Shown: piece after piece, positions 59,043 through 64,000 of the stretch
Position numbering within the stretch: the stretch's first letter is position 1
Layout of the letters: each line of letters starts with the position of its first letter
Source of the DNA: Mycoplasma sp. CAG:877
GTDB lineage: Bacteria > Bacillota_I > Bacilli_A > RF39 > UBA660
Assembly (NCBI GenBank): GCA_000433455.1
Contig: HF992498.1
Span: forward strand, 49,922-113,921
Reading direction: 5' to 3'
Length of the DNA: 64,000 nucleotides
Made by a program: the position numbers and the translations under genes
Notes under the pieces: model-generated
Database searches by the model: none
What the model saw: the letters and a program-made list of their open reading frames with translations, nothing else
Told to the model about the DNA's origin: nothing

Positions 59043-59699
59043 TCATAAAATTTTATATTTAAATATTATTATCATTATCAATAAAATTATTGCTATAATT
59101 AATTTTCCAACATTTTCTATAAAGTTATAATAAATTATCAAAATTCTTGATAATAGTATTTTTTTGTTGTCTAAATCATTAATTCTTATTTTTAATAAAT
59201 CAATGATATCCACCTTTTCACCAGTAAAATCATATTTCATTTTTTTTATGACTCTCGAAGAAATTATTAATAATTTCATGGTTTCTAGGGTACTATTTTT
59301 TTCTTCTTTTGTTTTTTTACCATTTTTATTATTTTTGTATAAATAATGTTGATATGTAGCAATTGCTTTTATTGTTGATTTTGAAGAATATAGAATTGCA
59401 TCATGGCTAATTAGTTTTATAATTTCTACATCTTCTGTTTTTCCCTCTAATCCAATATTTTTTTTGTATATCTCTATACATTTATTAAAATCATATAGCA
59501 ATAAACTACTCCAAAACTTTAAAATTCTCTCTTGTACATTTATTCCTTCTCTTTTAAAATAATCGGACGTAATACTTTTATTATTATTCTTTGATGTTAA
59601 AAAAGCTGTGATAAAAGCGACAAAAATTGTACATGCAAAACCAATAATAGTTAATAAATTTTCACCCGATAATGTTGTTTTTAAAGATTCAACCATCAT
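59043..59699 (-). CDS. Hypothetical 2-TM protein (first gene of the cassette)
   Basis: 218 aa from ATGATG 59699 behind GGAGGTG. TM segments lie near both ends (LLTIIGFACTIFVAFITAFL; LIIAIILLIMIIIF) around a helical soluble middle. Confidence 0.45.
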   Translation of the reverse strand: MMVESLKTTLSGENLLTIIGFACTIFVAFITAFLTSKNNNKSITSDYFKREGINVQERILKFWSSLLLYDFNKCIEIYKKNIGLEGKTEDVEIIKLISHDAILYSSKSTIKAIATYQHYLYKNNKNGKKTKEEKNSTLETMKLLIISSRVIKKMKYDFTGEKVDIIDLLKIRINDLDNKKILLSRILIIYYNFIENVGKLIIAIILLIMIIIFKYKIL

Positions 59700-59824
59700 A
59701 CACCTCCAATTAAGACTAAATTGATCATGATGAATTCCCTGGTATTTTTCTAGTAAATTTGCAGTAAAATTCATATCATTTAATAATTATTATGAAAATA
59801 ATTTTTTATTTTAAAATTTCAATC

Positions 59825-59889
59825 AAGGGTTTAGGCATTCCCACATACGAATTTCGTACAGGAGTACAAATTCATTGCTTTCTAGACAA
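59825..59889. repeat. Inverted repeat IR-B (partner of 52721..52786)
   Basis: See IR-A. Both copies keep an internal hairpin: GAATTT-13 nt-AAATTC. Confidence 0.8.
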
Positions 59890-59981
59890 ATATTATATTT
59901 CCAATGACAGCAATGACGCCTTTATTACACCATACCCATATATCTCTATTTCTTGTCATATTGTCATTACTAACTAAAAAA

Positions 59982-60593
59982 TCATTCTTCTTCAGTAAGT
60001 AATTTTTTTAAATCATCAAGAGATTGTTTTTGTTTTTTTATTTCTTTTTCATTATCTTTAACATAATTTTTAATTACTTTGATAACTCTATTTTTGTCCT
60101 TTTTATTTAATTCAGAAATAAAATTTAACTCTTCTAAATCACAGTTATCTAATAATTCTTTAATAACCATTTTCATATATAGTTCATCTTGCATTTGATT
60201 AACTATATCATCTAGTACTAAAATCGGAGCATTTTCTGGCTTAATAACCATACTACTATAAGAATTATTTACTGTTGAATCTATTTCTTCCTTACTATAC
60301 TCACATAGTTCCATTAACATCTCTAAGGATAGATTTAATACTGAACTTAACTTTTTTAAAGATAATACATTAGGCTTCTTTCTTTCACCTTTTTCAATTT
60401 TAGCAATCGTATTATTATCTATACCAGTTATTCTTGATAATTCCCTTTATACATTAGGTTTCTTTCTTTCGCCTTTTTCAATTTTAGCAATTGTATTATT
60501 GTCTATACCAGTTATTCTTGATAATTCTCTTTGGGATATATTAATTTTCTCTCTAGCTTCTTTTACTACACTAGCTAAAGTTTTATCATTCAT
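59982..60593 (-). pseudogene. XRE-family HTH regulator interrupted by TAA inside an 84-bp in-frame tandem duplication
   Basis: A single frame runs from ATG 60593 to the stop at 59982-59984, except for TAA at 60447-60449. The upstream part is MNDKTLASVVKEARENINISQRELSRITGIDNNTIAKIEKGERKKPNV*. The HTH segment then repeats and continues into the 112-aa track ORF (59982..60320). Confidence 0.65.
60367..60534. repeat. 84-bp tandem duplication (60367-60450 / 60451-60534)
   Basis: The units differ at 60375/60459, 60387/60471, 60408/60492, 60417/60501 and 60444/60528. All five are third-codon synonymous changes. 60449/60533 creates TAA vs CAA. Confidence 0.85.
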
Positions 60594-60625
60594 TAAATTA
60601 CACCTCTTTTTGACTTTCTAATACC

Positions 60626-60678
60626 ATTTTACCACAAAACAGATTATTCAACAATAATTTTGTGATTAAAACTCACAA
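60626..60678 (-). promoter_or_regulatory. Promoter of the XRE gene with adjacent palindromic operator
   Basis: On the minus strand: TTGTTG (60649-60654), a 17-nt spacer, then TAAAAT (60626-60631) preceded by TGG. The palindrome TTGTGA-N7-TCACAA lies at 60660-60678. Confidence 0.5.
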
Positions 60679-60725
60679 GCTTTATTGACATTAATTAATA
60701 TTATAGACAAACTAAATTAAAATAG

Positions 60726-60745
60726 GTACCTATTTGGGTACCTAA
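60726..60745 (+). repeat. Direct-repeat motif GTACCTATTTGG-GTACCTAA (copy 3 of 3)
   Basis: Lies upstream of the XRE promoter, near the right edge of the island. Confidence 0.65.
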
Positions 60746-60943
60746 CACATATACAAACAAGCTTAAAGCCCTTATAAACAAAGTATCCCGCCATTTCTGA
60801 CGGGATTTCAGGGGGTTCGGTTGAATATACTCTTACATACAAACGTAAGAGATATCGGCGTGACATGCATCACGCACCTTAATCATAAATGAATTTTACT
60901 AAATTGTCAATCTATACCAGCAAAATAATTTTACTTTACACAT

Positions 60944-62506
60944 CTATAAATCTATTTCAAATACTGTAAACAACGTATTAGACTTAAATTTTTCAATAAA
61001 TTTAAACATCTCCTCCTCAAAATTCCAAGCTCTAAACTCAATCTTCTTTACATGTCTCTTTCTAGCATACTCAATAACATATCTAACAAGCTCAGTTCCA
61101 ATACCTCTTCTTCGATAATCATCCTTAACATATACATTTTCAATCTCAATATAAGCAAAGTCATTATAAAGTCTATACCCACCAAGAGTCTTAAGCTTTA
61201 CCTTAATAAAGCCAACAACCTTATCCTCTATTGTATAAACAAAACACGTCTCCGTAGCATTTCTACCAAAATACTTAACAAAATCAGAATGTGTAATAGG
61301 ACCAACATTACTAAACAAATCCTTTCTAATACTAGCTCTACACTTTTGTATACCAGAACTCATCTTTCTAATTTCTTCATAGTCTCCCTTGCAAACTGCC
61401 CTAACTCCGTCTTTAAATAGACCCTTCTTAATTGCAATAATCGGTACAAACATTTCCTTTTCAGTAAATCCACCATGACAAGAAACAAATTTAGTCATTC
61501 TATTATTAGCCTTACACTTACTACAACTCAAATAATACTTATCAGTCGCAACAATAACAAAATCACCAATTCTATCCCTAAAACAACTACCAGAATCTTT
61601 TCCAAATAATCCCCTAGACATAACTTCATCATAACTTATAAGTAAAAACTTATCTGAAAACTTTTCATTAAACATATCCCTAAACTCATCTTGTTTTCCT
61701 TCCAAAGTCTTAACACCTAGACATCTAGGCTCTATCTCAAACATCTCATTAACTAAACAAACTAAACTCTTCTCTTTATCCAAACTAATCTTAGAACAAT
61801 CTATATTTCCATACCCAGAAATAACAAACACAATCGCATCAGTCAACTTCTCACATAAACTACTTAACTCTTTTTCTATATTTAAAACCTCTTCTATTGT
61901 TTCCGAAGAATCAACTCCATTCTTCATCATAACCTTATCTAAATTATCAAAGTATGCATAAATTAACTTTTTACCAGAATTATTACTCAAATTAATTATT
62001 GTCTTATAAGCTTCTTCCCTATTTTTATATTTACCCTTACCAAAAGGAAATAATGCATATGCTTTACCATTACAAGAATTATTTATCTTATCAAAAATAC
62101 TTTCATACTTCATATCAAAAGACATCCTAAAACCACCCATATTAGTCTTTTCTTCTATACAATTAAAATCAACCTTACTATCAATAAAACCATGCTCATA
62201 CGGAGTTTTTTCACTTAAAAAAGACATAGTAGAAGTAATATCACTAGCTGGAAATGTAGAAATAATATTAAATGCCTTATTACTTAACAAAATACCCTTA
62301 CTATCCATCTTCTTCTCTATAAAACTAGTACTTAATCCATTATAAGATAAAACAATAATATTACTATAACTCTCTTCTCTTAGTATTTTATCAATTCTAT
62401 TTAAACTAGAACAACTACACCCTACTCCAAAACACTTTAAAATAGAACTCGCAAAATTATTTAAACTCTTTTCATAGTCTGGAAACAAAGCTTTCAAAAA
62501 TAACAC
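60944..62506 (-). CDS. Alkaline-phosphatase-superfamily (phosphodiesterase-like) domain fused to C-terminal GNAT acetyltransferase
   Basis: ..GDFVIVATDKYYL..SCHGGFTEKEMFVPIIAI is typical of AP-superfamily C-terminal metal-site strands. The C-terminal IENVYVKDDYRRRGIGTELVRYVIEYA is the GNAT acetyl-CoA motif. Confidence 0.5.
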   Translation of the reverse strand: MLFLKALFPDYEKSLNNFASSILKCFGVGCSCSSLNRIDKILREESYSNIIVLSYNGLSTSFIEKKMDSKGILLSNKAFNIISTFPASDITSTMSFLSEKTPYEHGFIDSKVDFNCIEEKTNMGGFRMSFDMKYESIFDKINNSCNGKAYALFPFGKGKYKNREEAYKTIINLSNNSGKKLIYAYFDNLDKVMMKNGVDSSETIEEVLNIEKELSSLCEKLTDAIVFVISGYGNIDCSKISLDKEKSLVCLVNEMFEIEPRCLGVKTLEGKQDEFRDMFNEKFSDKFLLISYDEVMSRGLFGKDSGSCFRDRIGDFVIVATDKYYLSCSKCKANNRMTKFVSCHGGFTEKEMFVPIIAIKKGLFKDGVRAVCKGDYEEIRKMSSGIQKCRASIRKDLFSNVGPITHSDFVKYFGRNATETCFVYTIEDKVVGFIKVKLKTLGGYRLYNDFAYIEIENVYVKDDYRRRGIGTELVRYVIEYARKRHVKKIEFRAWNFEEEMFKFIEKFKSNTLFTVFEIDL

Positions 62507-62596
62507 TCCCTTTAACCAAAGTATAACATAAAAAGAATAGAAATATTAATTGAACTTAAAAATATTTAATATTATTCTTAAACTTCAATTATACTT

Positions 62597-64000
62597 CTAT
62601 CCTTCTGTTATATCACTAATTAATTTTTTCTTTAATACATCTTCATCACTATTCTTATCAAGTAAGTACTCTTTAGAATCTTTCTTAGCCTGTAATAATA
62701 TCTTATAATCTTCTCTTATATTAGCAATCTTAAAAGTCATATCTCCTGATTGTTTAGTTCCAAATAAATCTCCATGACCTCTTAATTTAAAGTCTTCCTC
62801 ACTAATAACAAACCCATCATCAACAGTTTCCATTATTTTTAATCTTTCAGTATCACTATCACTAATTAATATACACTGTGACTTAGAAGTACCTCTACCA
62901 ACTCTACCTCTTAATTGATGTAACGTTGAAAGTCCAAATCGATCTGCATCAAAAATAACCATTGTCGTAGCATTAGAAACATCTACCCCAACTTCTATAA
63001 CTGTTGTTGATATAAGTATTTGTATTTTATTTTCTTTAAATTGTTCCATTATTGCTTCTTTTGCTAAAGCTGCCATCTTACCATGTACTATATCTATTTT
63101 ATATTTATCTCCAAAAGCCAACTTCATCTGATCTTTTAAATTACATACAGTAGCAAGATCACTAGAATTATCTGTATCTTCTATCAACGGAGCAATAACA
63201 TACACCTGATGTCCTTCTTTTAATTCTTTATACATCATTCCAAGTACATCTTTAATCTCACTATTTTTCTTTACATAAGTATCTATTTTTTGTCTACCTT
63301 TAGGTCTAGCCTTTATTGTAGAAACATCCATATCACCAAATATTGTTAAAGCATAAGTTCTAGGTATAGGAGTAGCACTCATATATAAAACATCTGGCTT
63401 AATTCCCTTATTTTGCAAATTTGCTCTTTGATGTACTCCAAAACGATGCTGTTCATCTGTAATTACTAAACCTAAATTATTATACTCAACCTCATCTTGT
63501 ATTAAAGCATGAGTACCAACAACCATTGAAATACTTCCATCTTTTAATCCTTCATATATTCTAACTTTATCCTTCTTAGGAGTAGAGCCAGTAAGTAACT
63601 CTACATTAATATTACTATCTCCTAAAAAATTCTTTAAGTTATTATAATGTTGTGTTGCTAAAATTTCTGTAGGTGCCATTAAAGCACTTTGATATCCTGA
63701 TAAATCATTTGCAAGCATTGCAATAAAAGAAACAATCGTCTTTCCAGAACCAACATCACCCTGTAGCAATCTATTCATTCGACTACTAGATTCTAAATCC
63801 CCAAGGATCTCATCAACAGCTTTCAACTGATCATCAGTTAACTTAAATGGTAAACCATCAATAAACTTATCGATCTTCTCTCGATCAATACTTCTAGAAA
63901 GACCATTATTTTTTTTCTTATTTTGTAATTTCAAATAATTAATCTTAAACATAAAAGCAAATAACTCTTCATATTTAAGCCTAATCTTTACCTCTTTTAA
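62597..64000 (-). CDS. recG: ATP-dependent DNA helicase RecG (5' end beyond the window)
   Basis: LTDDQLKAV..LLQGDVGSGKT, TDEQHRFG, LYMSATPIPRT, QLRGRVGRG. The frame stays open from 63953 to 64000, so the N-terminal wedge domain is off-window. Confidence 0.85.
   Translation of the reverse strand, partial: LKEVKIRLKYEELFAFMFKINYLKLQNKKKNNGLSRSIDREKIDKFIDGLPFKLTDDQLKAVDEILGDLESSSRMNRLLQGDVGSGKTIVSFIAMLANDLSGYQSALMAPTEILATQHYNNLKNFLGDSNINVELLTGSTPKKDKVRIYEGLKDGSISMVVGTHALIQDEVEYNNLGLVITDEQHRFGVHQRANLQNKGIKPDVLYMSATPIPRTYALTIFGDMDVSTIKARPKGRQKIDTYVKKNSEIKDVLGMMYKELKEGHQVYVIAPLIEDTDNSSDLATVCNLKDQMKLAFGDKYKIDIVHGKMAALAKEAIMEQFKENKIQILISTTVIEVGVDVSNATTMVIFDADRFGLSTLHQLRGRVGRGTSKSQCILISDSDTERLKIMETVDDGFVISEEDFKLRGHGDLFGTKQSGDMTFKIANIREDYKILLQAKKDSKEYLLDKNSDEDVLKKKLISDITEG

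Larger units (their letters stand above)
47442..60760. mobile_element. Degenerate integrative element / defence island (boundaries approximate)
   Basis: An integrase pseudogene sits at the left end. Inside are a TnpV pseudogene, a split XRE regulator, toxin-antitoxin, HEPN and R-M genes. Core genes (NUDIX/Zn-ribbon on the left; AP-GNAT and recG on the right) flank it. No clean att direct repeat was found. Confidence 0.5.

Noticed and set aside
59792-59977. 61-aa plus-strand track ORF upstream of the 2-TM gene
   Set aside because: It has no RBS and spans inverted repeat IR-B, so it is likely non-coding.
60808-60826. GGGGGTTCGGTTG resembling a tRNA/tmRNA T-arm
   Set aside because: No complementary T-stem, acceptor arm or anticodon arm can be drawn. 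At most it is a degraded att remnant.

Overview
This is a 64-kb chromosomal window from a low-GC, AT-rich Firmicutes/Bacillota genome. The organism is apparently a spore-former, given cotJB/cotJC, a YjcZ-like peptide, a T-box, a glmS ribozyme and a CIRCE element. Nearly all genes run on the minus strand.

**0.1-47.1 kb: mostly core or accessory chromosome.** It holds a GT2-TPR protein, an MscS channel and two tandem surface-anchored paralogs. An N-domain-less ClpB sits behind a CIRCE/sigmaA promoter, followed by two tandem unknown paralogs, a flavoprotein and a WG-repeat protein. Next come cotJB-cotJC, a lone tRNA-His(GTG) and folD. There are two giant VWA/List-Bact-repeat surface proteins; one is in an operon with an ABC exporter and a cadherin-like protein that has a long E/K-rich tail. 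The rest is glmS with its ribozyme, a CDF transporter, a [FeFe]-hydrogenase/GltD-like/flavodoxin-ferredoxin operon, a YunG-UDG fusion and a GreA-like factor. A 2 x 360-bp tandem repeat encodes two type I toxin-antitoxin-like modules, and pheST lies behind a Phe T-box.

**47.4-60.8 kb: a decaying integrative element acting as a defence island.** It carries a nonsense/frameshifted tyrosine integrase, an ApeA-like HEPN protein, an MqsR-like toxin with an MqsA-HTH/Panacea antitoxin, and a TnpV pseudogene. It also carries a ~7-kb cassette bounded by ~66-bp imperfect inverted repeats. That cassette holds an RloC/PrrC-like AAA_13 ATPase, an embedded sRNA candidate, a DUF3800 protein, an MmeI-family type IIL R-M enzyme and a 2-TM protein. 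The element ends with an XRE regulator split by an 84-bp in-frame duplication.

**60.9-64 kb: core genes again.** These are an alkaline-phosphatase-like/GNAT fusion and recG, which runs off the window.

I saw no rRNA, CRISPR array or intact transposase. All family assignments are motif recognition by eye, not database searches.
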